In this document: positions 56,522 through 64,000 of the stretch, in pieces | Numbering within the stretch: position 1 is the first letter of the stretch | Layout of the letters: every line of letters starts with the position of its first letter | Source of the DNA: a virus | Virus record (IMG/VR): IMGVR_UViG_3300022745_000023 | Span: 25,635-89,634 of that record | Strand: one strand, 5' to 3' | DNA: 64,000 nucleotides | Translations under genes and position numbers: made by a program | The notes under the pieces: generated by a model | What the model was told of the DNA's origin: nothing | Database searches by the model: none | What the model saw: the letters and a program-made list of their open reading frames with translations, nothing else

Positions 56522-57718
56522 ATGACCCAATTCAATCGCAAGCGCTTCATGAAGGCGCTGGAAATGGCGCAGGACTCGATGCACCGGGGCCGGGGTACGA
56601 TCCCTATCCTCTATGACGCGCATCTGGTGTCGGATGGCGAGGCGATGGTGATGGAAACCACCGACCTCAATAACTCCATGACCATCGAATTGCCGGTGGA
56701 ATGGTGTGGGCAGGCATTTGAATGCACGCTTCCCAGCCCCAAACGCGTTCGCGCGTCTCTGGCAGCGCTGGACGCTGAAATCGTCTGTCTCGATGTGGAT
56801 GAAGAAGAGGAAGCTATTACGGTTGCCTCGGGGCGCATGTCGTTCAAGTTCATCGGCAAGAAGCCCCACGACTTTCCTGCCATGGCCCGCATCGCGGCCC
56901 CGGCATTCTCGGCGGACCTCGGCGCGCAGGAATTGAACCAGATTGCCCGCGTCATCGGGGCGTGCAGCCAAGAGGAAACGCGCTATTACCTCAAGGGGAT
57001 TTGCGTCCGCAAGGTTTCGGACTGGAACTACCAGTTTGCCGCCACGGATGGCCACCGGCTGTATGTCGTGGAAATCCCGCTGCCGAACGCAACGGGCCGC
57101 ATCCCCGATGGCACGATCATTCCTTACGAATGGTTGAAGATCGCCCTGTCTCGCTTCCCCAAGGCGAAGGAAGGGGCGAAGCTGTCCTATGGACCTGTCG
57201 TGGCCCGCAACGATCCTGAACCGACGCTGGCTCCGAATAACCCTTTGGCTGCGCGCATCGCTCTTTCTGGTGACTTTGATGGCTTTTCCGCCACTCTCAC
57301 CGGAAAGCTGATTGATGGCACCTACCCAGACTACACGCGCGTCATTCCGCAAGGTCAGACGCATATGATCCGGGTCAAGCGCGTCGAACTGATGCTTGCC
57401 ATCGCTGCGCTCTCGCCTATGTCGGATAGCAAGAAGGTCAGGGCGGTCAAACTCACCACCAGCCCCGGCCTGCTCAAGATTAGCCTGAAAAGCGTTGATC
57501 TTGGTGAAGGCTCGATTGATCTGCCGGTTGAGCATAACCTCGACGGGCGGGGATACCAGTTTGGTGTCAATGGCAATTACCTGCGCCATGCGCTTGCGAT
57601 GATGCGCGGGGACGAGGTGGAAATGTATGTCGATCCTACGTCAGCCGTGGCCCCCATCCTGTTGAAAAGCCCGACCGACACCACGTTCTCCATCACTTTG
57701 ATGCCGATGCGGTTTTAA
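56522..57718 (+). CDS. dnaN: DNA polymerase III beta sliding clamp-like protein
   Basis: TIPIL, ETRYYLKGI, ATDGHRL, KLIDGTYPDY.RVIP, LMPMR. Confidence 0.9.
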   Translation: MTQFNRKRFMKALEMAQDSMHRGRGTIPILYDAHLVSDGEAMVMETTDLNNSMTIELPVEWCGQAFECTLPSPKRVRASLAALDAEIVCLDVDEEEEAITVASGRMSFKFIGKKPHDFPAMARIAAPAFSADLGAQELNQIARVIGACSQEETRYYLKGICVRKVSDWNYQFAATDGHRLYVVEIPLPNATGRIPDGTIIPYEWLKIALSRFPKAKEGAKLSYGPVVARNDPEPTLAPNNPLAARIALSGDFDGFSATLTGKLIDGTYPDYTRVIPQGQTHMIRVKRVELMLAIAALSPMSDSKKVRAVKLTTSPGLLKISLKSVDLGEGSIDLPVEHNLDGRGYQFGVNGNYLRHALAMMRGDEVEMYVDPTSAVAPILLKSPTDTTFSITLMPMRF

Positions 57719-57739
57719 GCCTTCCGATCTTTTGCGGAG

Positions 57740-57771
57740 ACAGCGCTGGCGGAAACGCTGGCGCTGTTTTT
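57740..57771 (+). terminator. Intrinsic terminator
   Basis: acagcgctggcgGAAAcgctggcgctgt plus T-run. Confidence 0.75.
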
Positions 57772-57803
57772 GTTTCTGGCAGGTAAATTGCGCTTGCAAT
57801 CCG

Positions 57804-57818
57804 TTACCGAAAAGGTAA
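57804..57818. promoter_or_regulatory. Operator TTACC-N5-GGTAA
   Basis: TTACCgaaaaGGTAA upstream of operon starting 57889. Confidence 0.6.
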
Positions 57819-57888
57819 AGTGCAGGTCAAGGCGGTTGTGACGCCTTGGCCCGCGCCTCGGGGGAAATCAGGGGCAAGGATTTGAGCG

Positions 57889-58107
57889 ATGAATGACGCT
57901 CGCAAGATACCCGATGCTATCAAAAACGCCCTCGAAGAAACCGGCCTGCCCTATCAGGCTGTCATCGGTCACGGTCATTTCAAGATTTTCCTCTCCGGTC
58001 ATCTTGTGGGGGTGACCGGGCGCGGTGGCAAGCGTGGGGCTGTCCGTGCGACCCGCAACGTGATCGCGCAAATCCGCCGTGCCTGTCGGGAGATTCGCAA
58101 TGTCTGA
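57889..58107 (+). CDS. Hypothetical protein (HicA-like GHFKI motif)
   Basis: SD AAGGA; small basic protein. Confidence 0.55.
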   Translation: MNDARKIPDAIKNALEETGLPYQAVIGHGHFKIFLSGHLVGVTGRGGKRGAVRATRNVIAQIRRACREIRNV

Positions 58108-58285
58108 ACGGCTCAAGATCATCCTGATTGTGCTGGGATTCCTGATCGTTGCTGGCATCGCCGGCAACTCGGATTACGAGGATGCGAAGCGCGAAGAACA
58201 GGCTTATTGCGATAGCGCCAAGGCCGGGGAATCCCCGGCCTACCGCGACGACATTGATTGCGCGGAGGTGGATCATGCCCAATAA
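58100..58285 (+). CDS. Small membrane protein
   Basis: TM followed by G..DYED...YC motif. Confidence 0.6.
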   Translation: MSERLKIILIVLGFLIVAGIAGNSDYEDAKREEQAYCDSAKAGESPAYRDDIDCAEVDHAQ

Positions 58286-58532
58286 GGTTTACGTGAAGAT
58301 CGGCGGGCGCGCCCATCAGCGGTGTGACGTTATTCGGTTGGAGTTCTGGAACGGCGCCCCTGTTCTGCGGATGCGCGACGCGACGTCTGGCGGCTATGCC
58401 CATATGGACGTCGATGCTCTGCGCGCCTTGGCGGAACAATTGACATCTGCTGCCGATCAGATGGAATCCAATGCGGCGGCGTTGGCCGACCAGTTGCTCA
58501 AGAAAGTGATGGAGAAAAAGGGTGGTGTTTGA
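58275..58532 (+). CDS. Hypothetical protein
   Basis: SD GGAGG, overlapping ORFs. Confidence 0.55.
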   Translation: MPNKVYVKIGGRAHQRCDVIRLEFWNGAPVLRMRDATSGGYAHMDVDALRALAEQLTSAADQMESNAAALADQLLKKVMEKKGGV

Positions 58533-58794
58533 AGTGACCGAAACCGAAGGCCGCGTGATGCAAAACCATCCCAATCGTGGCCGAATCGCTGTGACGCTGG
58601 GTGATGGCTGGCGGGAATTTACCCACCAGCTTCTTAATTGCAAAATGCTTGGCGTCGTCGCCTGCGGCGACAGCCAAGGCGCTTTGGCAAAACATAGAAG
58701 CGGTCGTTATTGCATGGTAACAAAGGATATTGTCACCACTCACTTGCCCAGTGGGAAGGTGGAGGCCGCATTGCGCGCGGCGCGCTCCGCCTAA
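58522..58794 (+). CDS. Hypothetical protein
   Basis: Contains NHPNR motif seen in small phage proteins. Confidence 0.5.
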   Translation: MVFEVTETEGRVMQNHPNRGRIAVTLGDGWREFTHQLLNCKMLGVVACGDSQGALAKHRSGRYCMVTKDIVTTHLPSGKVEAALRAARSA

Positions 58795-59471
58795 TGGGAC
58801 ACAGGGGCGTTGCAGCGATCAGCGAACGCGAATTGGATGGCCTGACGGCAAAGATGGTGAGTGGCCGGGTCCGCGTCACTGCGACATGCGTGTTATGTGG
58901 CAAAGATCAGCATTGGGACACGGCTACGGTTTTTGACCACAGCGCCATGGTGGCCAAAGTCCGGCGCACTGGATGGAAAACGGGGCGTGGCAAGGTGGCC
59001 TGTCTGCCCTGCCAGAACAAGAAAAAGGAGAAGAACGTGAGCAAGCCTGTCGCCGCCGCGCCCGCCGTGGTCGCCGTCTCAAATGAAGCTGCCGACGCAG
59101 CCATGCCCAAGGTTGTGGCCAGCGAAGCCGCCAAGCGCGCAAAACGCATGGCCTACATGGCATTGATCGACTATTACGATGATGCGGCCAAGCGATATAA
59201 GCCCGGTCACTCGGATGCGTCGATTGCGGCAGAAGTCGGATGCGCCGAAGTGGTTGTTGCGAAGATCCGCGAGGACGATTTTGGACCGCTCGGCACGCCG
59301 ACCGAAATCACGCAACTGATTGCCGAATTGGGGCAGGCCCGCGCGCAGGTGGCACGGCTGCGCGAAGAAGGTGCCGGCCTGATCGCCAAGATCGAAGTCA
59401 TCTGCAAATCCGTCACCGCACTCGAACAGCGTTTCTCGGCGGCTTGCGTCAAGAATGGATGGAAGCAATGA
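58794..59471 (+). CDS. Zn-ribbon plus coiled-coil hypothetical protein
   Basis: CVLCG...GW......CLPC; Y..G.SD..IA......V..IR...FG. Confidence 0.6.
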   Translation: MGHRGVAAISERELDGLTAKMVSGRVRVTATCVLCGKDQHWDTATVFDHSAMVAKVRRTGWKTGRGKVACLPCQNKKKEKNVSKPVAAAPAVVAVSNEAADAAMPKVVASEAAKRAKRMAYMALIDYYDDAAKRYKPGHSDASIAAEVGCAEVVVAKIREDDFGPLGTPTEITQLIAELGQARAQVARLREEGAGLIAKIEVICKSVTALEQRFSAACVKNGWKQ

Positions 59472-60619
59472 GCGCCGTCCAGTGGAGCGCGGGGCAGGAA
59501 CATGCCTTGCGCGAGGTGGCCCAATGGCACGCGCAATGTATGGCGGAGCGCCGCGCCAGCCGCCGTCTGTCGCGGCAAATCTTCCGCGTGTTCGGGTTTG
59601 CTGGTGTCGGCAAGACTAAGCTGGCCAAGAGTTTTGCCGATGATGTGGGGGGAGACGTTTTTTACGGCGCTTTCACCGGCAAGGCGGCGCTTCAACTTCG
59701 CAAGGCTGGATGCCTCGGCGCATCGACCATTCATGCGCTGATTTATTCGGTCAAGAAAAACCCCAAGACCGGGGAAACCAAGTTCAAGCTGAACATGGAT
59801 TGCGGGCTGGATAAGGCCGCGCTGCTGGTGATTGATGAAGTCTCGATGGTGGACGAGGAATTGGCACGCGACCTGCTCTCGTTTGGATGCCCGGTGCTGG
59901 TGCTGGGTGATCCAGCGCAGCTTCCCCCGGTGAAAGGGACAGGCTTTTTCATCGCCGCCGAACCCGATGTGATGCTAACCGAAGTCCACCGGCAGGCGCT
60001 CGACAACCCGATTGTCCGTATGAGCATGGATGTTCGAGAAGGGCGCGGCCTGCAACCCGGAACCTATGGCAAGAGCCGCGTGATCCTTCGCCAGACTGCC
60101 GACCCGGATGAATTGCGCGAATTGGTGCTTGAAGCCGACCAACTCATTTGTGGCCTGAACCGGACGCGGGTGGCGTTCAACAATCGCATCCGCTCACTCA
60201 AGGGCCTGTGCGGCGATGCCCGGCGCTGGGAGCCTTCTGCTGGTGACCGCGTGATCTGCCTCAAGAATGATCGCGAGAAGGCGATTTTCAACGGCGGCAT
60301 GTGGAACGTCGATAAGGTCACGCCGACAACAAATGCGTTTCGTTTGCTGGTGTCATCGCTCGATGAGAAGCGCGCGCCGCTCCATGTGTCGGTGCGCGAA
60401 GAGTTCTTTATCGGCAATGACAAGGAACTAGACTGGCGCATCAAGAAGCAAACCGACCAGTTCACGTTCGGCTGGGGCATTACCTGCCACAAGGCGCAGG
60501 GTTCGGCTTGGGACAATGTGATCGCCTTTGACGAGGGGGCGGCATTTGGCGACGCCAGCGACAAGTGGCTCTATACCGCCTGTACGAGGGCCGCAGAAAA
60601 ACTGACGTTGGTGCTGTGA
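59468..60619 (+). CDS. RecD/Dda-like SF1 helicase
   Basis: GFAGVGKT, STIH, DEVSMV, GDPAQLPPV, HRQ, TCHKAQGS, YTACTRA. Confidence 0.93.
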   Translation: MSAVQWSAGQEHALREVAQWHAQCMAERRASRRLSRQIFRVFGFAGVGKTKLAKSFADDVGGDVFYGAFTGKAALQLRKAGCLGASTIHALIYSVKKNPKTGETKFKLNMDCGLDKAALLVIDEVSMVDEELARDLLSFGCPVLVLGDPAQLPPVKGTGFFIAAEPDVMLTEVHRQALDNPIVRMSMDVREGRGLQPGTYGKSRVILRQTADPDELRELVLEADQLICGLNRTRVAFNNRIRSLKGLCGDARRWEPSAGDRVICLKNDREKAIFNGGMWNVDKVTPTTNAFRLLVSSLDEKRAPLHVSVREEFFIGNDKELDWRIKKQTDQFTFGWGITCHKAQGSAWDNVIAFDEGAAFGDASDKWLYTACTRAAEKLTLVL

Positions 60620-61332
60620 TGGCAACTGAACGCGAGAAGATCGCCGCGCGCATCCGCGCCCTGCGCGCCAAGACGGTCGAGAACGGCTGCACCGAAGAGG
60701 AAGCAGTCGCCGCTGCCGCCAAGGTGGCGGAATTGCTCGAAGCCTACAACATGACCGTGGACGAGGCTGAAATGCGCGAATCGCCTTTCAGCCATGCAAA
60801 GCACGATCAAGAGGATCAGGTGGGGACGCGCTGCCTCTGGAAAATTGCGCTCGGCATAGCCAAGGTGACTGGTGTGCGAAGTTTCACTTCGCAGCCCGGC
60901 GTGTTCCCTGTCGAGGTGTGCTTTTTCGGTTTCGCGCATGAGGTGGAAATCTCGGGCTACCTGCTCGACATTTGCGCCAATGCGCTGCGCCGGGAACAGG
61001 CCCGCATTCTGGATGGCTCTCCGGCTGCTGTGACGCCGCGCCAGCGCAAGAAGCTGCTCCCCTTCCTTGATGGCATGACCGATAGGCTGTATCGGCGGCT
61101 TGTCGATATGGCCCCTAAGCGCCCGACCGGGACCGGCCTTGTCGTCTTGCGTGACGATCTGATCGCCCGCGCGATGGAAGACGCGGGGCTGAATGTTGGG
61201 TGCGGACGCGGCATTCCCAGCCGCTCGGCATTCGATAGCTACCGGGATGGCCAGCGCGCCGGGGACAAGGTGAGTTTGAACTCTGGCATTGCCTCTCATG
61301 GTGGCTCTGCCGGTTTTATTGGAAGGAATTGA
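60619..61332 (+). CDS. DUF2786 family protein
   Basis: KIAARIRAL......GCTEEEA.AAA.K...LL..YN. Confidence 0.8.
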   Translation: MATEREKIAARIRALRAKTVENGCTEEEAVAAAAKVAELLEAYNMTVDEAEMRESPFSHAKHDQEDQVGTRCLWKIALGIAKVTGVRSFTSQPGVFPVEVCFFGFAHEVEISGYLLDICANALRREQARILDGSPAAVTPRQRKKLLPFLDGMTDRLYRRLVDMAPKRPTGTGLVVLRDDLIARAMEDAGLNVGCGRGIPSRSAFDSYRDGQRAGDKVSLNSGIASHGGSAGFIGRN

Positions 61333-61586
61333 TGATGGAGGATCGCATTTTGTCGATTCTGTCGGCATACGTATACCCGCCTCAACTTTCAGCTTTCAAC
61401 GCCGGGGAAGGGCTTTTGACAGAATTGAAGATCAATCCGTTCGATTTGGCATATACGCTCCCACTTCGGCTCGAAGAGGTTTTCGACATTGAAGAAATCC
61501 CCGGAACCGAAATCGATTCTTGGGAAACTGTCGATGATATTGTCCGCTCTGTTCAAAAACTTACCAAGGAGAACGCTTTTGTCTGA
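61332..61586 (+). CDS. Acyl carrier protein-like protein lacking the phosphopantetheine Ser
   Basis: EL.INPFD...L..RLEEVFDIEEIP..EI..WETVDDIV; DSLD replaced by NPFD. Confidence 0.65.
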   Translation: MMEDRILSILSAYVYPPQLSAFNAGEGLLTELKINPFDLAYTLPLRLEEVFDIEEIPGTEIDSWETVDDIVRSVQKLTKENAFV

Positions 61587-61857
61587 TGCTCTTTCGATTC
61601 TCGACGCCGCTGCACAACACATGCGGGACCGGGCCATTGCTTATGACCAGCCGGAAGGAGAGCGCTCGATGGGTAGGGTTGTGGCTGCGTTTAATGCCAT
61701 CACCGGCCATTCGCTGACGGAATCGGAGGGGTGGCAGTTCATGTCGATCCTCAAGAATGTTCGGGCCTTTGCGGGGTCGGAGCCTCATCGGGACAGCCTT
61801 GAGGACAACGTGGCCTATGCCGCCCTGATGGCGGAAGCGGCGCTGCTTCGGGGGTAA
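61579..61857 (+). CDS. DUF6378-like protein
   Basis: DRA..YD.P.GERSM...V.AFNAITG..L.E..GW.FM..LK.VR...H.DS..D.VAYAAL. Confidence 0.75.
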   Translation: MSDALSILDAAAQHMRDRAIAYDQPEGERSMGRVVAAFNAITGHSLTESEGWQFMSILKNVRAFAGSEPHRDSLEDNVAYAALMAEAALLRG

Positions 61858-61886
61858 ATGGTATTTGATGGGTTTTTGATTCCGGT

Positions 61887-61919
61887 AGCCCTGCACTATC
61901 AAAAAGTGCAGGGCTTTTT
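61887..61919 (+). terminator. Intrinsic terminator
   Basis: agccctgcact...agtgcagggct plus T-run. Confidence 0.75.
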
Positions 61920-61969
61920 GTTTGCGTGTCGTTTCCTTCTTGACTGTTGCGTAAATTAACGTACATGAA

Positions 61970-62446
61970 ATGTCGTATCGCAAAGCCAAGGAGAAGGCTG
62001 TGAAGGAAGATGATCCCGCCCCTGATGGGGTAGACGTTAAGAGCCTGCTTGATGCTGGCCACATCTATTCCCCCAGATTCCGTAGCAGCCATTGGCTCCC
62101 GTGCGCGGGGACTTGCTGCCATGCCGTGCATGATGATTTTGGCGTTGGCTTTCACCAGTGCAGTCACAAAGCTAAGGTGAAGCGGACGGTCAAGTGGCAT
62201 GGCAAAGCTATCGAAGCTGAATACTGCGCCACTCATGACCCGGTGAAGGTTAAGGAGCGCAGGGACGCGCGTGATGCCAAGTGGCGCGCGGAATGGGAGG
62301 CAAAGAATAAAGCTATTGCCGAAAGTCGGCGCAAGCAAAACCTTCAAATCGAGGCCCTCGAAGCCATAAAACAAATTGCAAAGGGCCACAACGACCCGCG
62401 CTCGCTCGCGCTGGAAGTGCTGGCCAGCCATGGAGAAGAACTTTGA
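61970..62446 (+). CDS. Hypothetical Cys/His protein
   Basis: CCHAV...HQC...YCATHDP; C-terminal IA.GHNDPR.LA. Confidence 0.6.
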   Translation: MSYRKAKEKAVKEDDPAPDGVDVKSLLDAGHIYSPRFRSSHWLPCAGTCCHAVHDDFGVGFHQCSHKAKVKRTVKWHGKAIEAEYCATHDPVKVKERRDARDAKWRAEWEAKNKAIAESRRKQNLQIEALEAIKQIAKGHNDPRSLALEVLASHGEEL

Positions 62447-62669
62447 CCAATCCCCGCCTGTTGACCGAACTGCGCTCGGCGTCCGTGAACGCCATGGAAA
62501 CTGCGCTCGCCAAGGCCAAGGGGAAATAGGTCATGCACTGGCACGTTTGGTATATCCGCAATTTGAGACTGGCCCGATTTTTGGCAATGCTTGTCTCTGT
62601 GCCGATAGGCGTCACAGCTATCGCTTGCGCTATTGCAAGTGCGTTGCGGTAAATAATTTGGAGGAAATC

Positions 62670-63113
62670 ATGCGTAATGGTTTCGCAACTCACCGAGATA
62701 TGGTCGAGTGGTCTAATGCTTTGATGGGTTCTCGTCCGGCGGATATCGTGATCGGGAGCGATTATCTTCACCGCTGGTATGTCATCCCGCGCAACCCGTT
62801 CTGCAACGTCTATCTGCACAAGTTTTATCGCGGCGACGCGGACCCGGAAATGCACGACCACCCTTGGGACAACCGAAGCTATGTGCTGGAAGGCTCGTAC
62901 CGGGAGCAGACGCCGACCGGCGATTTTGTACGCCGATCCGGTGATGTGATCGAGCGCAAAGCGGATGCTCTGCATCGGATCGAAGTCATGGGGCGCGGCC
63001 CGGTTATCACCTTGTTCTTTACCGGCCCCAAGGTCCGTGATTGGGGCTTCATGTGCGCCGATGGCTGGATGCCGTGGGAGTCGTTCATCAAACAGCGCTA
63101 CGGCGCGAAGTGA
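62670..63113 (+). CDS. Cupin-fold protein
   Basis: YLHRW..NVYLHKF..D...HDHPW...SYVLEG.Y.E; SD GGAGG. Confidence 0.8.
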   Translation: MRNGFATHRDMVEWSNALMGSRPADIVIGSDYLHRWYVIPRNPFCNVYLHKFYRGDADPEMHDHPWDNRSYVLEGSYREQTPTGDFVRRSGDVIERKADALHRIEVMGRGPVITLFFTGPKVRDWGFMCADGWMPWESFIKQRYGAK

Positions 63114-63126
63114 AGGGAATATATGC

Positions 63127-63549
63127 GTGTCGGAGGAACTGACTAAACGAAACCGGCAGGTGCTCGAACTGGCGGCGGCGGGGCTTACCTCTGCCGAAAC
63201 GGGCGAACGCCTCGGGATTAGCGGGCGCACGGTTGAAATTTTTCGCGCGCAAGCGATTAAGCGCCTCGGCGGGAAAAATCTGCCCCATGCCGTGTGGCTC
63301 TATCAGGATCGCTTGCGTACCGAGGCATTGAACGACCTGTTCTATATCTGGTCGGGCGAACACAACGCCTATTGGCGTTCTAAAGGCAACGGTTACACGG
63401 TTCGGATCAGCCGGGCCGGGGTGTTCGCGCGGGAGGACGCCGAAGCCATCCTGCGCGGTATCGGGCCGGAAAAGAGGCTGGAAATGGAGCCGGTTCTGGA
63501 CGCGGTGATCGAAATCCACAAGGGGCTGCCCTTGGCCGTTCGGCTCTAA
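63127..63549 (+). CDS. LuxR-type HTH protein with C-terminal phage domain
   Basis: LTKR.RQVLEL.A.GLTS.E.G.RLGIS.RTVE; IWS.EH.AYWR..G.GYT....AG. Confidence 0.75.
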   Translation: MSEELTKRNRQVLELAAAGLTSAETGERLGISGRTVEIFRAQAIKRLGGKNLPHAVWLYQDRLRTEALNDLFYIWSGEHNAYWRSKGNGYTVRISRAGVFAREDAEAILRGIGPEKRLEMEPVLDAVIEIHKGLPLAVRL

Positions 63550-63641
63550 AATATACCAAATAGATAAAGTTTTATGTTGCTGCGATGCGCGAACCAACTT
63601 ATACACAGGGATAAGGAATGCGCTAGCCCAAGGAGATTGCC

Positions 63642-64000
63642 ATGAATAACCCCGTCCAAAAGCGTTATGAGTTTACCGGCGTCACGCGGGATTTTTTTGG
63701 CCGCACACTGCGGCAAATTCGTTCCTTGGTGGCCATTGCCGCCCTCGGTGTTTCGCCCGGCGATATTGGCGGTTGGATCGAAAATGAAGCGAATTTTCCG
63801 CACAATTCCGTCGCATGGATTTTCCCGAACGCGCAAGTTTGTGGGAAGTATTCAGTTATCTGGGGCGGCACCATCAGGGGCGGCACCATCAGGGGCGGCA
63901 CCATCAGGGGCGGCACCATTGAGGGCGGCACCATTGAGGGCGGCACCATCTGGGGCGGCACCATCTGGGGCGGCACCATCAGGGGCGGCACCATTGAGGG
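63642..64000 (+). CDS. Beta-solenoid repeat protein, 3'-truncated by window edge
   Basis: Read manually: KRYEFTG...LRQIR.L.......GDIGGWIENEAN...AW then (GGTI[R/E/W])n; SD AAGGAG. Confidence 0.75.
   Translation, partial: MNNPVQKRYEFTGVTRDFFGRTLRQIRSLVAIAALGVSPGDIGGWIENEANFPHNSVAWIFPNAQVCGKYSVIWGGTIRGGTIRGGTIRGGTIEGGTIEGGTIWGGTIWGGTIRGGTIE
63858..64000 (+). repeat. 15-bp coding tandem repeat (AT[C/T]-[AGG/GAG/TGG]-GGCGGCACC), 9 full copies plus a partial
   Basis: Direct reading. Confidence 0.95.

Noticed and set aside
56222-57718. Host chromosome (dnaN/gapR) marking a prophage boundary
   Set aside because: No dnaA/recF/gyrB context, clamp is divergent, flanked by phage genes and phage operators
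62376-62660. 245-aa ORF start at 62376 and tiny ORFs at 62443 and 62533
   Set aside because: Cupin start at 62670 has a strong SD; the upstream peptides cannot be supported
63858-64000. CRISPR array
   Set aside because: Contiguous 15-bp in-frame coding repeat with no unique spacers and no cas operon

Overview
The whole window is phage DNA: a large temperate myovirus of an alphaproteobacterial host (it carries GapR/DUF2312). It is in un-integrated gene order, with the presumed attP intact and no host housekeeping flank visible. From left to right: neck and contractile tail genes with a lysis cassette inserted between tail tube and tail chaperone; tape measure, baseplate and fibres (1-24.4 kb); tRNA-Cys, attP, tyrosine integrase and xis; a leftward recombination operon (dUTPase, Ref-like, HNH, SSB, exonuclease, Bet); repressor/Cro; replication (DUF1376, DnaC-like); terS, HNH and ParB-methyltransferase; a 1235-aa kinase/ADP-ribosyltransferase protein with a Nudix partner; an unusual double-ATPase TerL; tRNA-Thr and tRNA-Met; portal and MuF-like protein; then accessory early operons (GapR, beta clamp, RecD-like, ACP-like). 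Major capsid and protease genes lie outside the window. The most notable unexplained signals are: (1) a ~520-nt heavily base-paired, multi-pseudoknot non-coding RNA next to the tRNAs, with its own promoter and terminator; (2) a late-expressed, probably capsid-packaged kinase-ART / small protein / Nudix cassette with a shared N-terminal tag; (3) a late promoter GTCGTGAC-N3-A-N3-T that yields leaderless mRNAs; (4) a dispersed TTACC-N5-GGTAA operator; (5) an SD-preceded UCC UUU CGC +1 frameshift site in the tail chaperone; (6) a minimal attP core matching the tRNA-Cys anticodon loop, beside a full replacement tRNA-Cys. All calls were made by eye; no database search was run.
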